Shown in pieces: positions 12,383 to 25,560 of a stretch of 64,000 nucleotides of DNA. Below the pieces are notes generated by a model, which made no database searches, had not been told where the DNA came from, and saw only the letters and a list, made by a program, of their open reading frames with translations. A program made the position numbers and the translations under genes. The DNA is taken from assembly GCF_006345805.1 (NCBI RefSeq), contig NC_043013.1, positions 18,104,001 to 18,168,000 of the forward strand. The letters are read 5' to 3'. This stretch comes from Octopus sinensis. Its lineage: Eukaryota. How positions within the stretch are numbered: position 1 is the first letter of the stretch; every line of letters begins with the position of its first letter.

Positions 12383-13320
12383 TACACACACACATATGAC
12401 ATCAATAACAATATATATACATAATAACAGTGACATATAGCCTCTCTTATCTCTTAACATTTCATTGCTGAGAGAATCCCAACAATCACACAAGATAACA
12501 TTATAATGTTCTACAGGAATGGTTGGTGCCACTCACCATGTTGGTGCATTTCTAAGGAATCTATGTTCCTTAAGTGGTGTGGTAGTTATGGTGGTGGAGA
12601 GGGAGGAGGGTGATATAGTGGTAGGGATGGTGCAGTGACGTGGTGGTGGAGTAGTGATTTAGTGGTGCAATGATGATGAGGATGGCAGTTTCCGATTTAG
12701 GTGCAAAGCCAGCAGTTTTGAGGATAGGGGTCTAGTTGATACCACTGACCCCAGTATGTGACTGGTATTTTATTTTATCAGCTCCAAAAGGGATGAAAGG
12801 CAAAGCTGACCTCACTGGGATTTGAACTCTGAATGTGAAGAACCAGAAGAAATACCACCAGGCACTATTTTCTCATACTCTAACAATTCTTTCAGCTCCA
12901 TACCTTAATGATGATGATGATGATGATCAGAAGAACTGTTTAAAATTTTGGCACAGGACTAGCAATTTTTAGGGGGAGAGGACAACCCCAGTATTTGATT
13001 TGTACTTTTATTTTACTGACCTTGGCGGGATGAAAGCAAAGCTGACCAGTGCAGAATTTGAACTCAGAATGTAACGAATCAGAAAAAAATATCACTAAGC
13101 ATTTTTCTTCATCACTCTAACAATTCAGCCAGGTTACCATCTCAATAATGGTTTATGATACAGGCACAAGGTTTAGCCAATACCACTGACCCATGTATTT
13201 GATCAGTACATTATTCTATCATCCTCAAAAGGACAAAAAGCATAGTCAGCCTTGGTGGGATTTGAACTAAGAATCTAAAAAGCCAGAACAAAATACTGCA
13301 AAGCATTGTTTCCAGACATT
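11660..13320 (-). mobile_element. Cluster of four decayed family B SINEs (about 11660-11870, 12700-12900, 12940-13140, 13160-13320) with microsatellites
   Basis: Each has a GGATGAAAGGCAAAG / ATTTGAACTCAGAATG-like core on the plus strand. Confidence 0.7.
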
Positions 13321-13519
13321 CAACCTTTATAATATCTATCACTGTTTTTATCACCTGATTGATCTGTCCACCTGTCTATCACTGTTTTTACTTCTAGCTC
13401 TCACCCAATACACAATTAACCTATACAACCCACAAACACTGTCCACCTCGGTTTCCTCCATTCAACCATTAAAAAAAAAAACAGTTAAATGATTTTTTTC
13501 TTACTTTTTTTTATATATA

Positions 13520-13783
13520 TGCTAAGAGTTGCTGAAGCATGGAACAAACTGCTGTTGTTAGTTGTCGGAGCAGTGCATCCTTCAAAACTTCCATGCTTCC
13601 TGAGATTCGCCAACACTACACCTGATTTTCTCCCCTCCATACACACGCAAGAATGTATCTGACTCATACACAGTTCACTTCCCAGACATTTGTACATTAC
13701 TGCATATGCTTTATATGCACTTTTGACAAGCTGTGGTGAACCTGAGCACTGTATACAATAATTTCATTATTATTATTATTATA
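13520..13783 (+). mobile_element. 3' end of a CR1/L2-type LINE with (ATT)n tail
   Basis: RVAEAWNKL motif; the 3' UTR recurs at 39470-39592. Confidence 0.65.
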
Positions 13784-14217
13784 TCTCAACTGCTCCACAG
13801 ACTAAATTCACTCTTTAGAGAGAAAATATGTCAGAAAAATGCCAATGAGCTTTACGAAAGTACATGCAGTAAAAAAACTCTTTTTAAAAGATCAAAATGC
13901 ATTTTGACCTATTAAATGTTTCTTATTCAAGAGGTCAAAATTATTTCAATCTACTTTTACCTTCATTTACTTAATTCTTTTTTGCATATATACCTATATT
14001 TCAAGAAGTATTACTTAATCCAGGCATAAAACAACAGGTCATGCACTAGAATCTACGTATCTATACACACATTCCATTTCTTTCCAGCACCAGCCAATTA
14101 CTCCTGTAAAACCATGCCAAAGCAGACACAGAATCATGATGCAGTCCTTGCACCACTGGACCTTGTCAAACCATGCAACCCATGTCAGCATGGTACATGG
14201 GCATTTAAATGATGCTG

Positions 14218-14272
<55 letters not shown>

Positions 14273-15194
14273 AATGGATGAATGAATTATCCTTTGTTTA
14301 CAGTTAACATGGAAAATTCAACAAACAGTTACCAGGGTAGCAAAATTCATGCAAGTAACAAGGATGTAGCGACCTATTCAAAGGTAGAAACTCCGGGTTA
14401 ATGTGCCGTAATTTGTGTAGTATAAGTAAATAAATGGAGTTAAACGTTCTGTTTATCATTTATGCAGTCATCAAAATTGTTATAATGTCTTGTTGTTGAG
14501 ATAGGTTCTCTTTCTTTCCTGATGACAAGATTGCATTTTACACCGATAATTTTCCACACAAACAGAATAAAATTACCATATTTACAAAATAATCCACCAT
14601 AAAATATAGGAGAAAGAAAATACCAAAAATTTAAAGATTTCTATTCATCCCACCCAAAGACTTATAATAACAGCATCTGTGAAATAATATTTGTTTGTAG
14701 ATCATGACACAACATAAAGTAAATATTTGGTCAGGTCAAGGCACAATGTGAAAATGACATGTAGGGAAATAAGGAAGGACGGATTTGGTCCTTCCCCTTT
14801 TAAAACATGATGGTAGGATGTGATATTAAAGAGATTTGGTGCTATTTTGAGCAGGTTTAACCACTACATTGTTGGTTTGTGTTGTGTTTGGTGGTGGAAA
14901 GAATTCATGGAACTTGCATGGTTCAATGCTTGTTCAATATGTTTGGCAACAGGATATTTAACTGCCACCACCACCACCACCATGCATGAATAAACATGGA
15001 ATCAAAATAAATATATTAACATGTTTCTTCTGTATGTATGTGCACACACATACACACACACACACACACACAGAAAGGATGTGAATAAAATCTAGGCTTT
15101 CAGGTGGTATGACTTAAATGTCAACAGGTAGAATACCTGAGGAGATTAGAGATAATTGGTACATATGTGGATAACATTGAACACAACCTCTACA

Positions 15195-15202
15195 CAGGCA
15201 AC

Positions 15203-15244
<42 letters not shown>

Positions 15245-15595
15245 CACCGATGTCACAGTCTCTCTCTCTCAATACGCAAACATCATAATTTTTCTCTTTA
15301 CACACAAGTGTCACAGTCTCTCTCTTTCTACACACACACATAAATCTCAGTCTCTCTCTTTCTCTCTACAACCGCAAACGTCACAGGCTCTCTTTCTCTC
15401 TCTCTCTACAAACACATAAATTTCACAGGCTCTCTCTCTCTCCATACACAAATATCACAGTCACACTCTACTCACACAGATGTCACAGTCTCACTCCATA
15501 CACACACACAGATGTTACAGTCTCACTCCACACACACACACACACACACACACAGATGTCACTGTCTCACTACACGCACACACAGATGTCAGTCC
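15195..15595. repeat. Compound minisatellite: GTCACAGTCTC-like cores separated by (TC)n/(CA)n
   Basis: About 11 variant cores visible. Confidence 0.75.
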
Positions 15596-15671
15596 CCCCA
15601 CCCGCCACTACTACATCATCTCTTTACAGAGATATCAGTCATTGACACATCACCATTATTTTACAGAGATA

Positions 15672-15904
15672 CCTATTTCTTTACTACCCACAAGGGGCTA
15701 AACATAGAGTGGACAAACAAGGACAGACAAACGGATTAAGTCGATTATATCGATCCCAGTGCGTAACTGGTACTTAATTTAACGACCCCGAAAGGATGAA
15801 AGGCAAAGTCGACCTCGGCGGAATTTGAACTCAGAACGTAACGGCTGACGAAATACTGCTAAGCATTTTGCCCGGCGTGCTAACATTTCTGCCAGCTCGC
15901 CGCC
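15672..15904 (-). mobile_element. Young family B SINE with TSD
   Basis: CpG-rich copy; ACAGAGATA on both sides. Confidence 0.85.
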
Positions 15905-16347
15905 TTTAACAGAGATATCAGTCACCCACTCACCATTAGTCTAACTAATCCCCTACCACCACATCACTACATCATATAACAACCACTAATGTTCAGTTAG
16001 CCATTTGCTGTTTCCAAATCCAACTGACCAGAGACCTACCTACCTAAACTCTATACTGGCAAAGCTTGGCAGCAAACGTGTACTTCACTCACTGTCACAC
16101 CTGAGCCAAATGACACTAACTCCTGCAGTGTGAAGTCATCACATAACCAAAACCCTAACTAAGCCCCACTGCAATGGTTTTTCACTTGCAGCAATGATAG
16201 AGTCGAATAGTACATTTGCCTTAGTATGTAGTACTCCTGAAGAGCACTATTTAACTGTTAAGTAGTGGTACTCCCGCAGCCATACTCACAGTTTGAGTGC
16301 TCTAAAACTACACTGCCTAGACCTCTCACCCTCCCTGCATGCAACAG

Positions 16348-16606
16348 ATACTCTTTACTCTTACTCTCTTACTTGTTTCAGTCATTTGACTACGGCCATG
16401 CTGGAGCACCACCTTTAGTCGAGCAAATCGACCCCAGGACTTATTCTTTGTAAGCTTAGTACTTATTCTATCGGGCTCCTTTTACCGAACTGCTAAGTTA
16501 CGGGGACGTAAACACATCAGCATTGGCTGTCAAACGATGTTGGGGGGACAAACACAGACACACAAACATACACACACACACATAAACATACACATACACA
16601 CACATA

Positions 16607-16656
<50 letters not shown>

Positions 16657-16770
16657 TATATATGATGGGCTTCTTTCCATTTCCGTCTACCAAATCCACT
16701 CCCAAGGCTTTGGTCAGCCCGAGGCTATAGTAGAAGACACTTGCTAACGATTCTGCCAGCTTGCCACCTT
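16348..16770 (-). mobile_element. Family A SINE body fused to a family B head
   Basis: GAAGACAC-TTGC-TAACGATTCTGCCAGC junction at 16741-16744. Confidence 0.75.
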
Positions 16771-17214
16771 ATATATATATATAGCCTTATGTACCCCACA
16801 ATCTCTACCTCAGCTACTCCTCTACCTTGCACATCACCCCACTGCACCTTATGATATATTTTCCTTCATAAACCATTGCTATCACCCTTGCCTAACCCTG
16901 TTCCATGCAGGTATTTTCCATCATTCAACACATCTACTCCTCTCAGGCCCCTCACACTCCTCTTCTCACCCCCTGACCCACTGACCATATCCTCTCTTAT
17001 GCTCATCTTTTTGTACCTTGAGAGTTTGCTTTGGCACCCCATCACCACCATCTTCATCTTCTCACTACTACACAGTCATCAGTCATATGTGATGAAAGGT
17101 AGCCCTGTATCATCCCTCTATTATACTTTAGCTTCTCAAAGCACCTGGCATAAAGCTACCCACCTCACTTGAGTAGATTTTTTTTTTATTCCCTTCTCCA
17201 TCCTTTTCTGTCTT

Positions 17215-17430
17215 GTAACTTAAAAGTGACCTCACTGGTACCCATGGCATGCAAAAAAGTACCCGGTACAGACCGTAAGTAAGGTTGGCATTAGGAAGGA
17301 TACTCAACCATTGAAAAAAAAACCCCCCAAAAAACCAAGCTGACACTGGAGCTCAGTATATTCTGCAGCTTGCTGGAACCTGTCAGACCTTCCAATCCAT
17401 GCCAGCATGGAAAACGGACAGTAAACGATT
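17215..17430 (+). mobile_element. Family C SINE (decayed)
   Basis: GGCATTAGGAAGGATACTCAACC...CCATGCCAGCATGGAAAACGGAC. Confidence 0.6.
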
Positions 17431-19180
17431 GTGTGTGTGTGTGTGTGCCCATTCATATACACATATATGTATAAATGTGTATATGCATGTGTGTGTCTAT
17501 ACACACACAAACACACATGAGATCCAGCTGATCATAGTCTATGGCTAGTTAGCATATATATGGCTTGTATAGAACTAAAAGAAAAAATTCTTGATTAATG
17601 AAATTTTTTAATCATTGTATCAGACAGCTTATCTCATATCAAAATTAACGAAGTAATCCTGATAAGATGATAAATGCTATACAACTCCAGGTTCCAAAGT
17701 AACTTCTAAGTCACTAAGTATGTGATATATATATATAAGGCAGTATATATGCATATTCGATTTAATATGATATATTGTTTTTTTTTCTTGCAATATTTTT
17801 ATTACCAGAGACTTTATGTCACACCACCAAAAATATTTATAACTGTTTGTAAATTAAGCTCTTTCATGAATTACACTCAATCAAGGTGAATTAAGATGTA
17901 CAATGCTCTCTATCCGGTTGATGCATACACACACACACGTGTGTGTGTGTGCCTGTTTTAAAGAAAAGTCAAACTAGAAGATATAACATTATTTGTCAGT
18001 AAAATAATAATAAAAAAAATGATGGGATGTATTTAAAGCGATTCATGTCATTAAGTGTATGATTTTAATTATTTATGTCATTAAACACATTTTCATGTTG
18101 TGTAATAATTTCGTCCACCACCTTATGATGTTATTTCTGCATCGTTAAGTTGTTGGCAGTGGGGGTTAAGATTGTTGAATATCCCAGGGGTAGAGCAACA
18201 AGCAGTTACCCACCCCAGCCTCAGGAAGCTGTGATATATCACTGATAAGACATTGCTTCCAAATTGCTGTCAGACAGCGCTAACTAGTTCTGGAGGTGGG
18301 GGGGGGTAGAGTAGGGACAGGATGGTGCTGATGGTGGTGGTGCATTCAACAGCATGAAGAATTTTGTGCCAAAATAGTTTTGTAGTAGAAGAAGAAACAC
18401 AGAAGGTATTTAATTGTACTGATGTAACGAAGAATTTTCACAACAGGAAGTAGTAGCAAATTTGTTATCATGGAATAACAAGCAGTATGAAGCTGGTGAT
18501 AATGATAGTGGTGATGGAGGGTGAAAGGGGTGGTGGTGATGGTAGCGATGGGGGTGATGCTGGTGATGATAATGGTGAAGTCATGACAATTGTAATAATA
18601 GAACCAGTGGTGGTGATGACAGTGGAATGAAGATGCCCGATAAGAGTGATGATGATGATGGTGACAATGAAGTTGATGATAATGAATTTTGCTGTCAATG
18701 ATGATGAGAATGATGACAAGGATTTGCGATAACATGATGACTCTCATGTCAATTGAGATAACCAACAATGACAAGATGACAATGTTGATGAGAACGATAA
18801 CGAAGGCAGAGATAATAGTGTTGGTGCTGATGACAATGATAAACACTGTTTTAACAGGTAGAAAAAGTGTGTGTGTGTAGGCTTGTCTTATATGCATGTG
18901 TGAGACACAACACAGATGTATCAAGTACACACACATCGCTGATATAACACACACACACACACAAGCCAACGACAGAAAATGTGGCAGCATGCATTAACTA
19001 GAAATAACAACTAAATTACCCTCAAATCAAACATTACTGTTTTTTTTGTAAATGACACATTAATATAATATGGTCCTAGGTACATTGTATCAAAAAATAG
19101 GCAGGGTGGACATGGTTGGAATATCTCTGAAGAAAGGACAGGCGGATCAGCACTGACATAGAGAGATAAACAAGGTAAAT

Positions 19181-19640
19181 CTTCTTTTACTTGTTTCAGT
19201 CATTTGACTGTAGCCATACTGGGGCACCGCCTTGAAGGGTTTTAGTTGAACAAATTGCTCCCAGGACTTATTCAACCAGTCTCTTTTTCTGAACCACTAA
19301 GTTTCAGGGATATAAACACACCAACACCGGTTGCCAAGTGCTGGTGAGGGACAAACACAGACACAAAGAGACACACACAGAGACATACATACATGTGTAT
19401 ATTATATATATATGTCAATCTGAGGATGTCATGTCCTCATTAGGGATTAAATAATCCAAAAATTTCATTGGTTAATCACTATCATATAAGGAGAAAGTCT
19501 TGGTGACATATACATATATATATATATTATGACAGGCTTCTTTCAGTTTATGTCAATTAGATCCGCTTTGGAGGCTTTAGTAGAAGATACTTGCTTAAGA
19601 TGCCACACTGTGGGACTAAACCTGGAACCATGTGGTTGAG
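19181..19640 (-). mobile_element. Family A SINE with an unrelated insert of about 95 bp (19414-19510) in its central (TA)n
   Basis: Both SINE halves are recognisable either side of the insert. Confidence 0.7.
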
Positions 19641-22364
19641 GGGAAAAAGGAAAAAAATAGGTATATAAGTATGACCAGAACTTGCATTGTTAACAAAGTG
19701 AACATATCACAATGGTTTTGGTAATGCTGTTGTTGAAACAAAACACATTAAACAACAGTGTTAAAAGTGAACAGGACAAGGAACATTCTGAACAAAAGAG
19801 ATTTAACTAAACAAATACATCACATTGAACAGTGCAAACTGATCGTATTGAATGAGAAAGCATTAAGTGAACAGATCACACTGAATGATGGAATGTTAAC
19901 AAAGTGAACAGATCGTACTGAACAGGAATTTGAACATCGTTTTTAACAAACTAAAAAAGGAGACAGATTCACTATGATGTTTCAATGTGGGAAGAATGGC
20001 AGATTGGTTAGAAATGGTTTGCAATTGTTTAGAGTTTTAGTTTGGTCTTGGAAAAAACAATTCTTTCATATGCACATACCTAAACACACACACACACACA
20101 AATATATACATAAAAACTATGATGTTGAAACATATTTCTGGGCAAATCTTTCAAGTATAATTCTATCATGCACCCACATACATTACACAAACATATACAC
20201 ACAAATATACAGATAGGGTATACACATACATGAATACACACACAGGTTACATACACAATTACAAGCAGACAACACACACACAATCACACACACTGATAGA
20301 ATTCACAGATACATGAATACACACACAACATAACATCTGCAAGCAGACAAACATATGTACAAATATACATACATAACCAAATACACATATACATACCTAT
20401 CCATATGCACACACAAATATACCACCAACAGACACATCCACATGTGCACATACAAATATGCTAACACATACACACACATATACATATGCACACACACTTA
20501 CACACATGCACACGCACACACATATATACACATATGCATACACACACACACAAACCAAGTTGATTTCAAAGCACTGCTACCATGAGATATAAAGCGAAAT
20601 AAAGTTCAAAAAGTGATTCTTTGAACGGTAATTTGATAAAATTTCAGTGAAGCATTGAAAAAAAAAAAATGCTTTGTGTTGAGAGAGAGAAAGTTGTGGA
20701 GAATAGATTTATTTTTAGTGGTACCATAAATGATTGTTGATACTGAACGTTCCTCTGGCGACAACAGTGGGTCTTGGCAGAAACACAACTTTGAGCAGAG
20801 AACAACCTGAAATGGTTTAGTTTCTGCATTTCAGTAAAACACACAAACAACAGTAGCAATGAGATACAACAGCAACATCTTTAGGTGGGCACTTGGTCAG
20901 CTAGAAAGTGCAGAAACTTGCCCACTTTCATGGAGTGAGTGGGGTAAACAACAACATCAATAACGATCCAGTTGCTGCTGTCATTGCTACCAGTCCCACA
21001 ATCAATAAAAAACTCAATGGCTGGACATGTTTTGGGGACAGATTGCAAACATACAAACAGTATCATTTGTTTGCAATGAATGTGCAAGGGTGAAGACAAT
21101 GAGATTCTTACAGTTTTTGTTCATCAAATTCACTTGTAAGACATTGGTTAACCCATGGTCATAGCAGAAGACACATGCCCAAGGTGCAATGCAATGGAAC
21201 TGAACCCCAAACCACATGATTGTGAAGTGGACTTAATAACCATACAGCTACACCTGCACCTGATAAATACAAGTTTCAAAAAATAGTTGTATACAAGTGT
21301 CACCATCATACAAACAGTGTTGTTTGTTTTGTTTTGTAATATTCTGCAAAAAAACATGTCTGGTTTGTGAGAGGAAGAGCATCAGCCATTAGAAATTTTG
21401 TCTCAACAAACTACTTCTGAGCCATGCAAGCATGGAAAAAGTGTACATTAAAACTATGATGATGATGATGATGCTATATAACAGTTGGTCAACACCAGCA
21501 TAATGCATTTTACAATATAAAGTTACAGACATTTTACCAAACACTTTTAAAATCTTGATTACATTAAAAATTAATTAAAATAAAAAGGAACAGACAGCTG
21601 TCTACTCGTTAGAAATGTAGCGAGGAAAGTGTTAATATTGCATTTCTACTGTAACATCACCATCACATTTTCCCAATAGACTATAGATTTGCCAGAGTGA
21701 TTACATCAACTGTGGAAATGTATACAAGAGATTTGCCATATATTATATCGATCTAATTTAATATTCTGCAGAATTTCTTCAATTTTTGTTTTTTTACCAT
21801 GAAATAAATCAACAAAACATTAACTAATTTCCATGGCTTTCATCAATTTTGTGTCAAACAGATGATTCCTGGGAGTATTCTGGCTTATGCTCGCAACCAT
21901 GCCCAACCAACCAGAAACACCTAGCCATGTCACCATATACAATATGTCAGAGCATGTAACCACATACACTATGTTGGCATACATCACCACAGATCCGACC
22001 CAGACAACCAAGTCTCATGTTCTACTCACTGAACACTTGACTTGCTTGAAATAATAGACAAATTTTCCATAAATTACACAACTGCTATAGAAATCGAAGG
22101 ATACCTAAAATAATGTAGTTTTGACATGACCTTACCACCCACGAATACTTAGACACCTCATCACAAAACATACCAGAACACCAGCCTACAAGACCAACCA
22201 ATAAAACGAGAAACTGGCTCCATGTCTTATCAGAAGGATTTGATATTTTTGTGATTCCTTATTAATTGGACTTTTGGCAATCACCAATATTTTACAGGTG
22301 TCGGAACCCTGCTAAAAATCTTCAGCTGGGTTCATCTATTAATAATAACAATAAAGGTTCCAAA

Positions 22365-22767
22365 TTTTGGCATAAGGGGGAGGAGGCTAAGTCAATTACA
22401 CTGACCCCAGTACACAACTGGTACTTATTTTATTGACCTTTGAAAGGGATGAAAGGTGAAGTTGACCCTGGTGGAATTTGAACTCAAAACATAAGGATGG
22501 ATGAAATGCCACAAAGCATTTAGCCCAGCGTGCTAACGATTCTGCTAGCTCACTACCTTTCTACTGGAGGCACAAAGCCTCAAATTTGGGAGGAAGGGAT
22601 TAATTGATGACATCGACCCCAGTGTTTCACTGGTACTTAATTTATTGATCCCAAAAGGATGAAAGGCAAAGTTGGCTTCAGTGGAATTTGAACTCAGAAG
22701 GTAGCAGTGGACGAAATACTGCTAAGCATTTAGCCCGGCATGCTAACGATTCTCCCAGCTCACTGCC

Positions 22768-22799
<32 letters not shown>

Positions 22800-23010
22800 G
22801 CAGTGAGGTGGCAGAATTGTTAGCACATTGGGCAAAATGCTTAATGGCATTTTATAAGTCTTTATGTTCTGAGTTTAAATGCTGCAGAAGTTGACTTTTG
22901 CCTTTCATCCTTTCAGGGTCAAGAAAATAAGTATCAGTAGAGACTGGGGGTCAGTGTAATCGACTTACCCTTTCCCCAAGATTGTTGGCCTTGTGCCAAA
23001 ATTTGAATGC
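22365..23010. mobile_element. Three family B SINEs: two minus, then one plus, with a head-to-head pair across (AAT)n
   Basis: About 22365-22560 (-), 22568-22770 (-) and 22798-23010 (+). Confidence 0.8.
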
Positions 23011-23766
23011 AACAATAATAATTGCTACTATTTATTCAGCTGTTCCAACTTAAAATTGGACACATGTAGCAATCTACTTATCTCAGAGTGTACTAATATA
23101 GATTTTCTATCAGCAACCACCTCTAATATACCCAGGTATACTATCCTAGTCGTAACTCTTCCCCCCTGAGTCCACCATCTATCAACAATCACCTCTAATA
23201 TACAAAGCTGATATATCCAGTGCAATGATGTGTGATTGTTTTCTGCAAGTAATTAGCTCTCTTAAATTATATTTGTATTCCTAATGAAGTGTACCATAAA
23301 GAAATAGATTTAATTTATACTGATTCATTAATTGAAAGTAATTAAATGGAAGTAATTAACAGCTTGCCACACCATTCCAAGTCAACTTTCATTCAATTTT
23401 TATAGCTAACTGTTGAGATAATTTGTGTCTTTAATTTCTCATTATCTGGTAATTGTTATTGTTGCATAGCCTCTGGTAAAGAAGTATGGTCAATCAGAAA
23501 TTTGGTACGTAAGTTAGTGGTCAAATATATCTAATCTGATCACAGACCCAACAGTTCAGACAGTCTATGGCTATAACTTGTTTACAACCACACAACATAT
23601 ACAGGCACACAGTAGTTTGTCACATGCATGCACAAGTGTGTGTTTAGTTCAGAATTTAGTTCAGAATTTTGCAGACTATTACTCTGAGTTTGATGTGACT
23701 GATCTTCAGATAAAAGTGGACTTTTAAGGAACTTTATAAAAAGCACAGTCAAAACCAGTTGGCAAA

Positions 23767-24159
23767 TCTCTCTATATATAAAGCTGAAGTTGTCTGTGTA
23801 TGGCAGGTTTGGTAGCCTTCAACTAACACTATCTCCTCCGAGACCCTGCGACGCAAGTTGACCAAAATTGAGAGTATGATAGAAGAAGGCTTGCTCTTCC
23901 TTCCGTAGAAGAAAAAAATTCAAATCCGACCATGTTAACACCAAAAATTATTTACATCAAAAAGGTGCTTTTTTTCTATGAAAATCCCTATTTTTTATGA
24001 TTTTTTGACTGCTGTGTCGCCATTTTTTGGTGTATTTCAACCAGAAAAATGTTCACTTAAAGAGAATAACAAGCTACACAATGCAAAATTTTTACTTTTC
24101 AAAAATTCCAATTCTAAAGGGTTGAAACAAACCTGAGCAACGCTGGGCGATACTGCTAG
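23767..24159 (+). mobile_element. Non-autonomous Helitron-like element
   Basis: Starts TC(TCTCTATATATAAAG), ends with a GC-rich imperfect hairpin (CCTGAGCAACGCTGGG) and CTAG, inserted between A and T with no TSD. Confidence 0.7.
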
Positions 24160-24512
24160 TAATCATTTAAAGCTGATTGGACAAATGGTTGTCACATGTT
24201 CAAAATCAATGGGATGTGTTGGGTGAGTTGACTAACCATTGATGAGGGTAATATAAACACAACAAATGAGTCAAATAAAGTTGAATAAAAGAAAGAATAT
24301 TATGCCTTTATAAAAGATAGATGAAAACCATTCATTTTTGGTATTCAAAAAAAAAAAAAAAAAAAGCATATTCTAAGCATCTTTTTCCTTATTTCAAGTT
24401 GAAACTTCTAATTTTGCCATATATTATGAAGAAATGATTATCTCCTGTGATAACTGTCCACTACAGGACATGTATTCTCTTCACCATGTTTTGTACATGT
24501 GTACTCATGTAC

Positions 24513-24558
<46 letters not shown>

Positions 24559-24819
24559 CACAAGAATGGTTGTGCAGATATAGAATTAAATTTGTATCCA
24601 CGATGGATCTCTTTTACTATAGCTCAAGAAAACTAATGCTTTAAATGGAATTGGTAAATGCAAACCAAACCGTATAAAATGTAAATCATAAATCCAAAAA
24701 AGAAGCACACTCTAAGTTATAGAGCAGTACAGTGTAAGGATGAAGATAGATAGGGCCAGTTAACCCCAGATAACCCCATAAACCAGCTACATCTATCTTT
24801 ATCTATGTATCTATCTATA

Positions 24820-24878
<59 letters not shown>

Positions 24879-25189
24879 ATATATATATATATATGTATAT
24901 ATGTGTCATCAACAACTTTGATTTAATATCCACTTTGCCATGCTTGCATGGCTCAGATGGAATTTACTGGAGCAAATTTACTACAGTTGGATACCCTTGC
25001 TGTTGCTAACCCTCACCTGTTTCCAAGTATGGTAATATTTCTCCATAACTAAACATGTTTTCAGGGAAGATTGGAAACAAATGACACTAGTTGTCTGATG
25101 GTGATACTCACATACAATTAAATTATTGCAGGATGCCAATACAAACAAGCACACACACAAACACACACACACACACACAATGAGCTTCT

Positions 25190-25560
25190 TTCAGTTTCTG
25201 TCTCCCAAATTTACTCACAAGGCTTTGGTCAGCCCAGGGCTATAGTAGAAGACACTTGCCCAAAGTGATATGCAGTGGGACTGAACCAGAAACCATGTGA
25301 TTAGGAAGCAAACTTCTTAATCACAACTACGTATGTATGTATATATGCCAGCGCCGCCTTGACTGGCTTCTGTGTTGGTGGCACGTAAAAAGCACCCACT
25401 ACACTCTCGGAGTGGTTGGCGTTAGGAAGGGCATCCAGCTGTAGAAACACTGCCAGATCAGACTGGAGCCTGGTGCAGCCTCCTGGCTTCCCAGACCCCG
25501 GTCGAACCGTCCAACCCATGCTAGCATGGAAAACGGACGTTAAACGATGATGATGATGAT
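25190..25560. mobile_element. Family A 5' half (minus) adjoining a family C copy (plus, about 25345-25560)
   Basis: Similarity to other copies in the window. Confidence 0.75.

Noticed and set aside
14270-14560. TA-flanked unique segment possibly related to PLE ends, with CTGATGA at about 14520
   Set aside because: Too decayed; no assignable ribozyme core or boundaries.
20886-20965. Frame reading CPLSWSEWG (TSP1-like WSxW)
   Set aside because: Stop codon five codons later, poor splice context and no following Cys pattern.
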